This document shows, piece by piece, positions 37,865 to 51,919 of a DNA stretch of 64,000 bases. The position numbers were made by a program, and so were the translations under genes. Each line of letters begins with the position of its first letter. The stretch's first letter is position 1. The notes beneath the pieces were generated by a model that had not been told where the DNA came from, made no database searches, and was given only the letters and a program-made list of their open reading frames with translations. The stretch is taken from the NCBI RefSeq assembly GCF_006345805.1, contig NC_042998.1, positions 33,232,001 through 33,296,000 of the forward strand. The letters are read 5' to 3'. Source of the DNA: Octopus sinensis (taxonomy: Eukaryota).

Positions 37865-38175
37865 ATAAAACGGTAAGATATATATAATATGAATTGGAAT
37901 GGATTTAATAATTCTTTTTACTTATGTATGTGTATGTGTGTATATATACGCCTATATGGCAGAAGTAAAGATCATATATATATATATATGTGTATATATA
38001 CACGTATATATGTATATGTGTGTGCGTGTATGCATATACATATTTATAAATAATATAGGTGTATTTATAAATAATATGGCCGAAGTTGGCCCAGGCCATA
38101 TCTAGTTTAATATATTATACCAGTTATACATACCCACATGCATACATAAATATATGCATATATATACATACATAC

Positions 38176-38225
<50 letters not shown>

Positions 38226-38639
38226 TATATATATATACATATACATTTGTGTGTTGTATGTATATCTATATGCATATATGCGTATAAATAAATACACATT
38301 TATAGATGTGTATAAATATACATACGTACATATACATGTGTGTGTGGTACATGCACACGCATGTATGGACGTACGCAGAGCAGGAATGTCTTACTTACAA
38401 TTTCATTTGTATGCTTACTTTTCACCGACTACGCCTGTACATATTTGACAATAAGGTGAGTAATGTAAGAACACCGGTGTAGATATCGCACATTCGACTT
38501 AATTCAGTCGTCATATTTCTTAAAGTCGGAAGTTGCTTCTGTTTATAGTTCTGCGTGTTTTTTTTTACTCCTAAAACACAAATAAACAACACCAACAACA
38601 ACAACACATACACGCGCGCGCGCGCTCAAGTGAGAGCAT

Positions 38640-38676
38640 ATATGATATATAGATAGATAGATAGATAGATAGACAA

Positions 38677-38759
<83 letters not shown>

Positions 38760-38766
38760 CACAGAC

Positions 38767-38821
<55 letters not shown>

Positions 38822-38850
38822 TAGATAGATAGATAGATAGATAGATACAC

Positions 38851-38907
<57 letters not shown>

Positions 38908-38957
38908 CACAGACAGATACACAGACAGACAGATAGATAGATAGATAGATAGATAGC
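38640..38957. repeat. (GATA)n/(GACA)n compound microsatellite
   Basis: Direct reading. Confidence 0.95.
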
Positions 38958-39117
38958 AGAATTCCGATCGAAGTCCAACATTTGAACAAAGTTTTTATTT
39001 TTTATGTTTTGGTATTTCTGAAAATTGCAAATTTTCTTTCTTTTTTGCAAAATCATATGCGATATAGTGTGTATTTGTATTTATATGTGAAGATATATAT
39101 ATACATATAATATATAT

Positions 39118-39154
<37 letters not shown>

Positions 39155-39222
39155 GCCCCAGCATGACCACAGTCTAATGACTGAAACAAGTAAAAAAAAA
39201 AAATTAAAAAATAGAATATATA

Positions 39223-39262
<40 letters not shown>

Positions 39263-39352
39263 CTAACGTTTTTTGGCTGCTATTTCTAAACTTCGGTATG
39301 TGGTAAAGCAAATCTTTGCAGAACCCTAATTATTTAGTATATATATATATAT

Positions 39353-39689
39353 GGTACTATTTAAGAAGAGAGTTCCCGGTTCGCGTACTGGTGCATCCGG
39401 GGCTAGCTAGTCGTGACTTGTCGATCCTTACTTTGTGTTTTTGTTTTATTTACTTTGTGTTTTTGTTTTATTTACTTTGTGTTTTTTGTGGGGTTTTTTT
39501 TACTTTGTTTTAAAAAAAATTATTTACTTTGTGTAAAACAATTTTTCATTTTGTGTTTTTATTTATTTTGCTAGGTAGTCGTTGTGGGATCGACTGGTCA
39601 CAGAAAAACACAAAATAAATAAATAAATTTTACACAAAGTGAATATTTTTTTGGGACAAAGTAAATAAAACACAAAGTAAATATATTAT

Positions 39690-39690
<1 letters not shown>
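39353..39690. mobile_element. Rearranged copy of the 41666-41889 TIR element
   Basis: Left TIR and internal GCTAGGTAGTCGTTGTGGGATCGA shared; right end replaced by an inverted copy of the internal TTTACTTTGTG repeats. Confidence 0.7.
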
Positions 39691-39722
<32 letters not shown>

Positions 39723-39744
39723 CTATATATATATATTATATATA

Positions 39745-39775
<31 letters not shown>

Positions 39776-39935
39776 CGGCAAGAAGAAAATGGAGGGGATC
39801 CAGAAATAGTATACACCTACTTTTAGACATTATATTATATCTATTTATTTACTTCAAACAATTATATATAAATACTTTTAACCTGTGACTCAAAAGTATT
39901 TTCAGAATTTAAAAGATGCAAGAAAGCTCCTGGAA

Positions 39936-39973
<38 letters not shown>

Positions 39974-40159
39974 TGTGTGTGTGTTCGCGTTTGAGTACCT
40001 GATATAACTCATTGGTAACTTCTTTCTATTTTGAGAATTTTCAGAAAAGTTTTGCGAGTTTGTCTTTTACACACGTTAATTTATTCGATTACGCACAAAA
40101 ATTTTTTGTTTTTAATTTTCTAGCCCCATTCCCATAAATCCTAAAATTTCCACACCTTA

Positions 40160-40382
40160 TCGTTCGTTACTGTATTTATTTTGAGATGCTCTGTGTTTCT
40201 TTCAATTACTTTAAATATAACAAAGAATTTAGTAAAATAACTCAGTTATCATTAAGCTAGTGTTAGGAGCATAAATTGTGACTAAGGTTTGGTAGAATAT
40301 TTTAATTCAGAACTTTTGAAAATAAGACATTTGTACTCAGAGCCAGAGCCGGTTTCAGCCGGGTTGGTATCGAAAGGGTTTA
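40160..40382. mobile_element. piggyBac-type MITE (degenerate left end)
   Basis: Right end GGTTGGTATCGAAAGGG-TTTA (CCCTTTCG TIR, TTAA-like site); left end TCGTTACTGTATTT. Confidence 0.45.
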
Positions 40383-40969
40383 GTCTTAAAATACGGACAT
40401 TCCGGATCTCTCTTTTGTTTCTGTTTTAAAATAATTTTCAGACGAAAAGGTGTGATTTAAGGAAAATTTGACTATTATTTTTTGCACATCTCCAACCACC
40501 TGACATCTTCCTCATCCTTATATGGACCCCCCCCCCAGGGGTCATATGGATTCCGGCTGAGAACCATAGGTTCAGTCGAACAAATAGGAGCCCTGGACTT
40601 TTTTTTTAAAGCCTTTTATCAATTCTATCGGTCTCTTATTTTCTTGCTCTCATAAGTCGGACGGTTATTCTACTGGAATCTCTACCCTTAACGATTTGGA
40701 TAACGCTTCTGCGAAATTCCATGAAAAGAGAAAACATTTCAGTAAGTCGGGTGGGTGGGTGTATTTCGCAGCAAGCTGTAATTATATCTGTGTGTGCGTG
40801 TGAGTGTTTGCGTGTGTGTGTGTGTGTGTGCGTGTGTATGTGTGTGTGTGTGTGTGCGTGCGTTCAACCAGCCAATTTGTAGAATATACCGTGTTCTGGT
40901 TTGCTTTTCATCGTTTTGGTTAAGATACGCAAAGCACCAGTCTTTTTACTGGAGTCGATTCACCCCACT

Positions 40970-41006
<37 letters not shown>

Positions 41007-41247
41007 TCATGTGTCATTCTCTCTTTCGTGAAGATATCAACTGTGGTCCGATCCAGTGCGGGAACGAGATCCGCTAAGAGTGAAAAAAAAAACCCCCCAA
41101 AACACGCCGTGTGTCAGGATGGCGCCGCTCAGACTCCAGTAATGAGATAAATGCTGAAGCCAAAATCAGGCAATACATACATATTTACCTAACTACATAC
41201 ATTATAAATATATAGGACTTGGTAGATGGAAACTGAAAGGAACTCGT

Positions 41248-41291
<44 letters not shown>

Positions 41292-41309
41292 TATATATAT
41301 ATATATATA

Positions 41310-41657
41310 TATTTGTCCTGACGTCCTGGTTTTGTTGTTATTATTACCATTATTGTTTTTACGTACTTTGTATTCTTATTCGTGCTATCATTATTGTTTT
41401 TACGTATTTTTGTATTTTTATTCGTGTAACATCGTTCGTTTTTCCGTCCTTGTTTTGTATACATTCGAGGCTGTCTTCCAAGGAATCTAATGCGCTTGGC
41501 TTAGATTTCCTTTGGGGGCTGCCCAGATCAGAGCAATCTCAAGATTAATCAGCCGAAATTGCGAAGATGATCCGGTTCTTGACTGAAGATTCGGGGCTTC
41601 GAATGTCCCGTCCGTGTTTTTTGTGTCGTCTTCTAAATGTTTCACGTTCTTGTCCCA
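41310..41657 (+). repeat. Dispersed repeat family E; second copy at ~59925-60058 (-)
   Basis: CAGCCGAAATTGC(G/A)AAGAT...GACTGA(A/G)GA...CGAATG...CGTTCTTGTCCCA shared. Confidence 0.7.
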
Positions 41658-41665
41658 TATATATA

Positions 41666-41889
41666 TACTTGAGAACAGTGGTCCCGGTGCGCGCATCCGC
41701 GTTAGCTAGTCATGACTAGTCAATCCTTTGTGTTTTTGTGTGTTATTTACTTTGTTTAAAATATTATTTACTTTGTGTTTTTGTGTTTTATTTAGTTTGC
41801 TAGGTAGTCGTTGTGGGATCGATTAGTCACGACTAGCTAGCACGACTACGCGAGTGCGCGCACCGGGACTACAGTTCTCAAGTAGTACC
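41666..41889. mobile_element. TIR element (MITE) in (TA)n
   Basis: TACTTGAGAAC...GTCCCGGTGCGCGCA...TAGCTAGTC(A/G)TGACTA inverted at both ends. Confidence 0.8.
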
Positions 41890-41984
41890 TATATATAATA
41901 TATATATATATTATATATATATGTAATACATATATTATATATATATATATATATATATTATAATATATATATTCTTTTTTATTC

Positions 41985-42740
41985 TTTTCTTTTACTTGTT
42001 TCAGTCATTTGACTGCGGCCATGCTGGAGCACCACCTTTTAGTCGAGCAAATCGATCCCAGGAATTATGCTTTGTAAACCTAGTACTTATTCTATCGGTC
42101 TCTTTTTGTCGAACCGCTATGTTACGGGGACGTAAACGCACCAGCATCGCATGTCAAGCAATGTGTGTGTATGGGGGTGGGGCAAACACACACACACACA
42201 CATACGACGGGCTTCTTTCCGTTTTAGTTTCAGTCTACCAGATCTTCTCACAAGGCTTTGGTCGGCCCGAGGCTATAGCAGGAGACACTTGCCAGGTTCA
42301 GTCCCACTGCGTGGCACCTTGGGTAAGTGTCTTTTACTATAGCCTCAAACCGACGAAAGCTTTGTAAGTGGATTTAGTAAATGGAAACTGAAAGGAGCCC
42401 GTCGCATGTGTATCTGTCTGTCTGTCCCTAGTACCGTTTGACAACCGGTGTTGGTGTGTTTACGTCACTATAACTTAGCAGTTCGGCAAAAGTACCCGGC
42501 TTAAAAAGAATTACTGGGGTCGATTCATTCGACTAAACATTGAAGACGATGCCCCAGCATGGCTGCAGTTTAGTGACTGAAACAAATAAAAGATAAATAT
42601 GGCTGTGTCGCAAGTAGCTTGTTCACCAATGACATGGTTCCGGGTTCCTCCCTTGGGCAAGTGACTTCTACTATAGCCTAGGGCCGACCAAACCCTTGTT
42701 AGTGGATTTGGTAGACGGAAACTGAAAGAAACACGTCATG
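41985..42740. mobile_element. Nested SINE family B copies, both orientations
   Basis: Minus copy 41985-42290, plus pieces 42290-42600, minus 5' half 42600-42740. Confidence 0.8.
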
Positions 42741-42744
42741 TATA

Positions 42745-43183
42745 TCTCTCTATATATAAACGGCAGTTTGTCTGTCTGTGTGTCTGTGTGTCTGTCAGGT
42801 TGTACCCTCACCCTGACCACGGCTTTCAACCGATTCTGATGAAACTTGACACACACATAGCCCAATGTCATAATTCAAAACTAACGCAGCGAAAATTTTG
42901 AAAAGTTCCTCCAGTTCTGAAAAAAGTCGATAAATTCGACATGGGGTCGAGAATCTAAACTTTTTATATGCAACACATTTTCTGTCTAGGGGACACAACT
43001 CGACCTTTTTATCGCCCAAAGGGACTGCTAGGAACATCGTATACACAGAAGTATTCGAGTGAAGGGAAGACATTGCAACCTACACATGTGCCTTCGTTCC
43101 CTAGAGGAAAGGACTAGATTGGGATTAGTCGTTGCCTAGTAGGGGCTCTTACATACCCGAGAAACGCTGGGCTATGCTGCTAG
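42745..43183 (+). mobile_element. Complete non-autonomous Helitron (439 bp)
   Basis: A^TC 5' end, sub-terminal hairpin CCCGAGAAACGCTGGG (43156-43171), CTAG^T 3' end, no TSD. Confidence 0.88.
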
Positions 43184-43184
43184 T

Positions 43185-43204
<20 letters not shown>

Positions 43205-43216
<12 letters not shown>

Positions 43217-44171
43217 ATATATATATTGCCCATAAGGGGCTAAACACAGAGGGGACAAAACAAGGACTTAAGTCGATTACATCGACCCTAGTACGTAGCT
43301 GATACTTATTTAATCAACCCCGAAAGGATGAAAGGCAAAGCCGACCTCGGCGGAATTTGAACTCAGAACGTAACAGCAGACGAAACACCGCTAAGCATTT
43401 CGCCCGGCGCGCTAACGTTTCTGCCATCTGTGTTTGTTCCCCGACTGTCGCTTGACAACAGATGTTGGTGTGTTTACATCCCCGTAACTAAGTGGTTCGG
43501 CAAAAGACCGATAGAATAAGCACTAGGCTTGCAAAGAATAAGTCCTTGGGTCGATATGTTCGACTAAAGGCGGTGCTCCAGCATGGCCGCAGTCGAATGA
43601 CTAAAACAAGTAAAATAGATAGAAGAATAAAATGATATGTATAATCACGGCGGATTCCTTTCAGTTTCCGTCCACCTAATTCAGTCACAAGGCTTTAATT
43701 AGAGTGAGGGTTTAGTAGAAGACATTCCTACGCTATAGCAGGTGTCACACAGGGGTACGAACCACACAGCTATGTGCGACTAACCACGGAAACTTCTTAC
43801 GATACAGCCACGCCTGCGCTTTTTGTCTGATTGTTTGAAAAGTTGTATTAAAAAAATGACAAACGTCGTAGAAGGGAAGGTTCCCAAGAAGCGGTGGAGT
43901 GGGGAGTCAACCCAATATGTGTCATGTAGATATACTCTTTACTCTTTCTCTTTTACTCTTTTACTTGTTTCAGTCATTTGAGTGTGGCCATGCTGGAGCA
44001 CCGCCTTTAGTCGAGTATATCGACCCCAGGACTTATTCTTTGGAAACCTAGTACTTATTCTATCGGTTTCTTTTGCCAAACCGCTATGTTACGGGGACGT
44101 AAACACACCACCATCGGTTTTCAAGCGATGTTAGGGGGACAAACACAGACACACAAACATACACACACACA

Positions 44172-44204
<33 letters not shown>

Positions 44205-44960
44205 CACACACACACACACATATATATATATATACATATATACGACGGGCTTCTTTCAGTTTCCGTCTACCAAATCCACTCACAAGGTTTTGGTCGGCCT
44301 GGGGCCATAGTAGAAGACACTTGCCCAATGTGGCACGCAGTGAGAATGAACCCGGAACCATGTGGTTAGTAAGCAAGCTACTTACCACACGGCCACTCCT
44401 GAGCCTACATAGATACGTCTTTTGTAAATTATGGAACCCTATTAATTTTCTGTTTTACATATTCATTACACATTCATTACCCGTTCGTTGCCACTCCAAG
44501 AACAAATGTGGTTTCAAGAAACTGTAGATGTCTAATTAAAAATTAACACAAAAATCTTCTGATGCCCAACCCTTCTATTTCCTTTAAAATTTGTCACACG
44601 TGTGTTTATTTTAAAACGTTCCCCAATTTTGGGTCCGGTCATGACACAAAAACGACATCGAATTCTTTAGCAATTTTGTCGGTACAAAATGATCTTGTAA
44701 GCATAGCATAGCTAGAGGCATGGTTAAAAAGGCGGCGAGCTTGCAGAAACGTTAGCACGCCGGGCGAAATGCGTTGCCGTATTTCGTCTGCCGTTACGTT
44801 CCGAGTTCAAATTCCGCCGAGGTCGACTTTGCCTTTCATCCTTCCGGGGTCGATAAATTAAGTACCAGTTACGCACTGGGGTCGATGTAATCGACTTAAT
44901 CCGTTTGTCTGTCCTTGTTTGTCTCCTCTGTGTTTAGCCCCTTGTGGGTAGTAAAGAAAT
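43205..44960. mobile_element. Cluster of SINE A (43205-43410 -, 44730-44960 +) and SINE B (43425-43620 +, 43940-44400 -)
   Basis: Similarity to other copies in the window. Confidence 0.85.
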
Positions 44961-47109
44961 ATATATGGTTAAAAAGCACGTTTGGTAAATCACGTGGTAT
45001 TGAGATTATTCCCAATGAGCGACATCTTGGACAAGTGTTTTCTACAACAGACGCGAGCTGGCCAATGCTTTGTGAGTGGTTTTGTTAAACAGAAACTGTG
45101 ATCGTATATGTATATACGTATGTGCATGTGTGTGTGTGGGGGGGAGGAGTTGTTTTGCGTTTGTGTTTGTCTCCCCCATCCGTAACTTTGCCTTTTCGGC
45201 GAAAACGTCAGATAGAATAAGTCCCAGACATTAAAAACAATTACGAGGAGCGATTTGTTCTGCAAAATACTTCAAGTCGGTGCTCCTGCATGGCCGCTGT
45301 TCTATGACGGAAACGAGGAAAAGAAATGAAGCGAAATGAAACTTTTGCTAATGAAACTTTTGTAAATCTAAATACAAGAATAACATGATTTATTTAGGTT
45401 AATGGCCAGAGTTTTGGAAAAGCTCTACTTCGAAGTCACATATTTTCTGAAAATTGTTTTTTTTTTTGTTTTTTTTTAACCTTCACTTTTTTAGTATTTC
45501 TGTATTTTGATACAACAAAAATTACGATTTTGAAACAAAGAAAAAAACTAAAAAGGACAGTTCTTTTTTACATTCTCAACCCTCCACTTTCGTCCCTTTT
45601 TCTTCTCATGAAGTATGGGTCTTCGCGGGACAATTAGTTACTCCCCAACCTCGCCATTGTCTATTCTTTTGTTCATAATCTTTAATTCGTTATATTTACA
45701 CTTTGTATTGTCAGGAACTTGATGGAATCGTACTATTGTATGCTTCGTAAGTTGATAAAATTCTGTACCGATTTAAACTACACGTTTTTCCGCTTGCTTT
45801 AATAACTTTTAAATTAATTATTCAATTCAATTTCTTTTCTATTCTACAAATTCATAGGCTGTGGCTAATTTGACAGCATTCATGAATCATTATATTGTTT
45901 TTGATTAAAGATTTATTTATATGCCACATTTAAATGCAACTTTTGGGCAGCTGTACATTTATTGGGTAAAAACATTGTATTCAGCACTTGTTTTAAAAAA
46001 AACAACAACTAGCCTATTCACATTAAGTAAAAGTAGGTGAAAACTAAATAAGACAACTTTCCCGTTTCTCCATTGGGAGAATTGCTTATAAGTGAAACAA
46101 GAATGTGTGGGAGCTATTGCCAGCAATTTAGATACAGGCGTGGCTGTGTGGTAAGTTTGCTTCTCAACCACATGGTTCCGGGTTCAGTCTCACTGCGTGT
46201 GTATACTTGTGTCTGTCACCCACTACCGCTAGACAACCGGTGTTGAGAGAGAGTGGAAGAAAGAGAGAGAGGGTTTGATAGAAATACACGCAGCAGGTTT
46301 AGCGTTCGAATTTTACAGATATTACTCTTTTGTATACTTCTGTATATATTTACATAGATACGTATGTGTGTGCGTGCGTGTGCGGGTTTGTGTCGTTCAC
46401 TCATTCCCAGTGTCTCTGACTACAATGTTTCTCTATTTCGCCCAACCCTACCGCACGCACCATATCCATTGTAAAGCTCTATATTTCTTTCTGCCTCTAC
46501 TCTCTCAGGATATTTCTTTCTCTCTAACTCACTCTTCCCTTCTATATATTCTGTTGTTTGAATGCCTTTTTTGATCGCAGATGACTGCCGACTTTTTATA
46601 TCTCTCCCCACCCCTCTCACTCAGTCTCCCACCCATCTATTTCTCTTCTTAATCCACTTATCTTTAAAAATTTTGTTTTCTGTTTTCAACTTCACCACAG
46701 CCACTGTTTTCCCTTTTCCCCATACCTCTGATGATCGCAATGCAAAGGACAGATGACATAACCACTTCTAATATCGGGTTCAAATTTTAGCTCAAGTCAT
46801 TTTGACCTGCTATAATACTGATTCATCAATTACATAGACATTTCTAAGATTGTTCGAATTTTATCCAATAATAATATTGTATACAGCTTGAGATGTTTAC
46901 CTTGCCTTAATGTTTGCCGTCCTCTTTAACAATTATATATCTGCTGCATCGGAAACCTGCAATGGCTCCACAACTACTGCCTCGGCTATAACCTTGGAGC
47001 CCCAGTAATATGTTACAGCACTTACCTAGCACACCTAATCGTTTAAATCACTTGTGAACTAAACCCCATATTTTGTGTACTTGTATACATAAATATTTAG
47101 ACAACACAC

Positions 47110-47560
47110 ACACATATGGTGACTGTCTGCTCCTTATGCAGAGTCTGACCACCTCTTGTACTTGCACCTCAGATCCATCATGGCATCTGATGTGGCTTTT
47201 TAAACCAGACAATGTATTGAAAAGACACCTACATAGATTGTATATCTGATTTGGACCACCAAGAGCTGCAGATAAGTTCTGATCTTTGTGGATCTTAAAA
47301 CGTTTTTTGAGGCCTCCGTTAGAATTGCCGACCTTATTGCATAAACGGCATTGAAAGGTGTGCACAGGTATATAGGCAGAATTGTTGGTGGAGATTCGTT
47401 TTTCATGGGTCTACAAATGAGATTTGAGCCCAGCAAAACAAAGGCATGGTCTCTCATAAACTGTGCACCCAAAAAGGTCACTGAGAGTCACCTTCTCGTT
47501 GATCGCAATATTCTTCTTTAAATCTCTTTTCATGTTTCTTCTTTAAATCTCTTTACATGT
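47110..47560 (-). mobile_element. 3' end of an RTE-like LINE with three degenerate C2H2-type fingers
   Basis: One frame: CTVYERPCLCFAGLKSHL*TH ... CRLCNKVGNSNGGLKKRFKIH ... YNLCRCLFNTLSGLKSHIRCH, then a short 3' UTR and (TG)n. Confidence 0.6.
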
Positions 47561-48186
47561 GCAAAGCATTTAACTGCTATCAAGGAAATCCTAACGAAGA
47601 ACACAGGCTAGAATTACAAACTACCAAAGCTCATTCTTCAAAACCTTGACGGAATTTGAATTCAGAAAGTAGATTTTCCCGACTTTGTATCCATTCTACT
47701 AATTCACTGTCTTCTAGCACTTTGATTATAAGGGTTTTCTCCTTAGGTCCAAAACCACATACTATAAGCGATTTAATCAATTTTAGTATTTGATGCTATT
47801 GATTTTCACGACCCCTAAAGCAGAGCCTTTGAGGAAGCCTCTACATTCCTATACGCACCACTATCTTAGAAAGGGGCGCATTGAATAATGCAGTCATGGG
47901 TTTTTCCACACTTCGTAAAAAACATGACAACGACTGGGATGCCTTTGAACATAGTTTTGCTTGATCAGGAAAGATCTGAGATTAGTCAGCAATAATAACA
48001 ACCCTGGAATAATAAAATTCGAGCCCAGTATGACTTGGACTCAGAGGCAAAGCGATATAACTAAGCCCTGCAAAGCATTTACACATTGGAGAGTCTAACA
48101 GATGGACTTGTCCAACCCGTTAGCATTTGCATTACTCTCCCAAATGTAAAGCTCATTTATTCATATTGTTTTTAATTAATAAAAAA

Positions 48187-48438
48187 TAAATGCGCCCTTT
48201 TAAAGCCTAGCCAGGCTCATGGGCCCGGCTTCCCAGTTTCTATAGCGTATGTGTTCCCCAGCTGGATGGGACACCAGTCCATCGCAGCGTTACTCATTTT
48301 TACCAGCTGAGTGGACTGGAGCAACGTAAAATGAAGTGTTTTGCCCAAGAACACAACGCGTCGCCTGGTCCAGGAATCGAAATCACAATCTTACGATCAT
48401 GGTGCTGACATCCTAACCACTAAGCCACGCACCTCCAC
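48187..48438 (-). mobile_element. SINE family D (tRNA head, CORE-like and V-domain-like segments)
   Basis: GTGGCTTAGTGGTTAGG head, GTTCTTGGGCAAAACACTT, GCGATGGACTGGTGTCCCATCCAG. Confidence 0.8.
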
Positions 48439-49166
48439 TTGTTTTTAATTAGTCATGCATTATCTTGTAGCTTTGGGATTTTGATGATGTGACTGTTATT
48501 TTTAGAATAACATTCTAGGGTTGGTGTGAGAGGCCGGATCTAGCCAGTTTGAACATAAAACAGGTAGAATATTTGGGTCAGACATGGCCAGTTTAAATGA
48601 TAAAGGTTAGAGACCCTTAAAAATGATTTGCATTTGTTGGCATGGATGTGACTGATTGAGAAAACCAGGTATTGACAAATTACGACTGCAGGCCACATTC
48701 GGCGCGCCGACTTTAGTGAATATATAACGTATAATTCTCTGTATTCTTTAACTCTGATTAACAAACAATAAGTGAAATTCACTATGGAAAAATAGATTAA
48801 AATTCTTAATTTTGCAGTGGCTACAAATAAATGAATGTTTTATATTGCTACAAAAAAAGTCTGAGATAATCTTCTAATGTGATATTTTACAGTGAATGTT
48901 TCCATTTCCCTAAATGGCTGAAGCAACAAAAACTAAAGGCGAAATCTACATGAATAATCGATTCTAGGGAAGGAGGTAGGGATAGAAAGATGTTTATTGT
49001 CTGTTGAGAAAGCAGGTAAGCTTGCTAGTCTTACATCTACCATAGAATCTCAGATGCCTGCATTCAGCCTGATTTAAAATGTTTTAACACTACACCATAC
49101 GTCAATATAGAACATGCAAATATTTTGACATCATTAAAAAATTTGTGTAACAATTACATTATAATA

Positions 49167-49468
49167 CAAGGTGATTCAAAAGTCACCATGCATAGGAACA
49201 ATTTATCTTTCTATAAGAAATAGTTTATAAGAACAGTTTTTTTTAACAGGCTCTATATGGTTACCATTGTTTTGAATAAACATTGCAACACGTTTACCCC
49301 ACTCATTGTGAACTCATAATAGCAAATCTGGTGATACGTGTGCAAATCAGCTGGTGATGCATTCCTTCAAATGATTTATGTCTTTTATCTTTCTGCGATA
49401 CACCATGCCTCTCAAATGCTCCCAAAGATAGAAATCAAGAAGGGTCAGATCAGGGGATCTAGGGGACC
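49167..49468 (-). mobile_element. Tc1/mariner-superfamily transposon 3' remnant
   Basis: PRSPDLTLLDFYLWEHLRGMVY...GNHIE, ending in TIR (CAAGGTGATTCAAAAGTCACC on +) next to TA. Confidence 0.85.
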
Positions 49469-49789
49469 TTATAAACAGTTTCTTATAAAAAAAAATTTTT
49501 TCCTGTGTAATGCGACTTTTGAATCACGCTGTAGATGATAATTTTTTTTAATGTTGTTCCAGTAGCCTTAAATGATAATAGTTTTCTTTTTATTCACTTT
49601 TGTCCTACAAGACAAACGTAGTTCCTTTTCTTTTCATCTTTCAAAATGCTTATTATAGACCACAGAACATTAAACAGCAAAGTTAACTTTGTGAGGATTC
49701 GAAATCACATTTTAAAGGGATATAATAGCTCTCTACCGCGTGGCTAATATTCCTTTCAAGCATAGGTTCAAGATTTCTCATTAAAGGAA

Positions 49790-50175
49790 AGAGAAATGTT
49801 AGTCGGATATATCGACACCCGATACCTGCCTGGCATTTTATTTTATTGGAAAGAAGAAATGCAAGATTGACCTCGATGGAATTTCAACCCAGAACATAAA
49901 GAGCCGACAGAAATACTGTAAAGCATTTTGCTCAACGCTATTCTGCCAATAACAACAACAGCAACAACAATAAAAGTGGCTTTAAATTTCGGCACAGGGC
50001 AAAGCAGTTTTTAAGTGGGGGCGAGGAGTCGATTACATCGACCCCAGTACCTGACTCGTACTCACTTTATCGGCATGAAAGGCAAATTCGATTTAGGCGA
50101 AATTTGAACTCAGAACGTAAAGACGGACGAAATCCGATTAGCATTTTGTCCGGCATGTTCTGCTAGCTCGCCGCT
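49790..50175 (-). mobile_element. Two diverged SINE family A copies
   Basis: Family A body motifs at ~49790-49950 and 49975-50175. Confidence 0.75.
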
Positions 50176-50422
50176 TTTGGTGGCTACAATACATATGAAA
50201 CCAGACGAACAGACTAGAAAACAGTTATGGTCTGAGTAATTTGCATAATTTAAGCAAAAATGAGCTAAGGGAAATAACTCGAAGTCGCCAGTGACATGCG
50301 TATAAATAACAAAGACAAAATACAGGTATGTTAAATACCAATCAATAAATACTCTTGATGATGAAAACTATTAAGGACGTTAAACACAAGTCCACGACTG
50401 CCCTCTTATCTTCACACAATTA

Positions 50423-50755
50423 GGAACACTCCGTCGGTTGCGACGATGAGCGTCCCAGCTGATACGATCAACGGAACAGCTTGCTCATGAAATTATGTTG
50501 CAAGTGGCTGAGCACTCCACAGACACGTGTAGCCTTAATGCGTACCTTAATCTCAGGGACATTCAGTGTGACACAGAGTGTGACAAGATGGCCCTTTGAA
50601 ATACAGGTACAACTCATTTTTGCCAGCTGAGTGGACTGGAGCAACGTGAAATAAAGTGTCTTGCTCAAGGACACATCACGTCGCCGGGAATTGAACTCAC
50701 GACCTTACAATCGTGAGTCTCGAATGCCCTAACCTCTAAGCCATGCACCTTCACA
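50423..50755 (-). mobile_element. Chimeric SINE: family D 5' half + family C 3' body
   Basis: D-type TTGCTCCAGTCCACTCAGCTGG(C/T)AAAAATGAGT joined to C-type GTACCTGTATTTCAAAGGGCC...AACCGACGGAGTG. Confidence 0.8.
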
Positions 50756-51229
50756 TCTCCAGACAATAAACCTCTCCGTTTCCTTCAATGGCTTTGTCAA
50801 TTTCAGAAAATTCTTAATCGTGAGATTATCTCCCTTTTTCAAGTGTTAGCTGGTGATTCTGATAACAAGCTCTAGAAGCGGAGATGATTTCAGCAACAGT
50901 AGCCGACCGGCATGTGAGGTAGCAGCCACTCCCAACGAAAGTTAAGGAATGCGAAAACAAAAACAACAACAACAACAACAGCAGCAGCAACACCAGCACG
51001 AACATCAACATGAATCATAACAACACCAGAACCAACAGCAGCAGAGACAACAACAGCATAAGTAGCAGCAGCAGCAGCAGTAGCTGTAACAAAAACAAAC
51101 AAACAGCAACAGCTGCTGCTGCCGCCTTCACCACCGCCACCACCACCGCCACCACCACCACCACCACCGTTGCAAAAGGCAAACAGCAAGAACAACACTT
51201 AAAACAACATAATATTTTATTTACACTTT

Positions 51230-51867
51230 CACTTGTTTCAGTCATTTGACTGCGGCCATGCTGGAGCACCGCCTTTAGTCGAACAAATCGACCCCCAGGA
51301 CTTATTCTTTGTAAGCCCAGTATTTATTCTATCGGTTCTCTTTTGCTGAACCGCTAAGATACGGGGACGTAAACACACCAGCATCGGTTGTAAACACAGA
51401 CATACAAACATATGCACACACATATACACGCATATATATATATGTATACATATATATGACGGGCTTCTTTCAGTTTCTGTCTACCAAATCCACTCACAAG
51501 GCTTTGGTCGGCCCGAGGCTATAGTAGAAGACACTTGCCCAAAGTGCCATGCAGTGGGAATGAACCCGGAACAATGTGATTGGTAAGCAAGCTACTTACC
51601 ACACAGCCACTCCTGCTTCAGTCATCTTGACTACGGCCATGCTGGAGCACCACCTTTTAGTCGAAGAAATCTACCCCCAGGACTTATTCCTTGTAAGCCT
51701 AGTAACTAATTCTAACGGACTCTTTTGCCGAACCGCTAAGTTACAGGAATGTAAACACACCAACATCGTTTGTCAAGCAATGGTGGGAGAGAAACAAACA
51801 CAGATATAAAGATACATACACAAACATACACACATACATACATACATACATATACATATATATATAC

Positions 51868-51919
<52 letters not shown>

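Noticed and set aside
41575-41612. CUGA(A/G)GA...CGAAUG motif in repeat family E (also ~59990-60015, minus)
   Set aside because: GAAU rather than GAAA, and no consistent helix I or II in either copy.
45715-45746. Possible ~32-nt micro-exon (TTGTCAG|...|GTAAGT)
   Set aside because: Too short to assess, and its end phase does not fit the next candidate exon.
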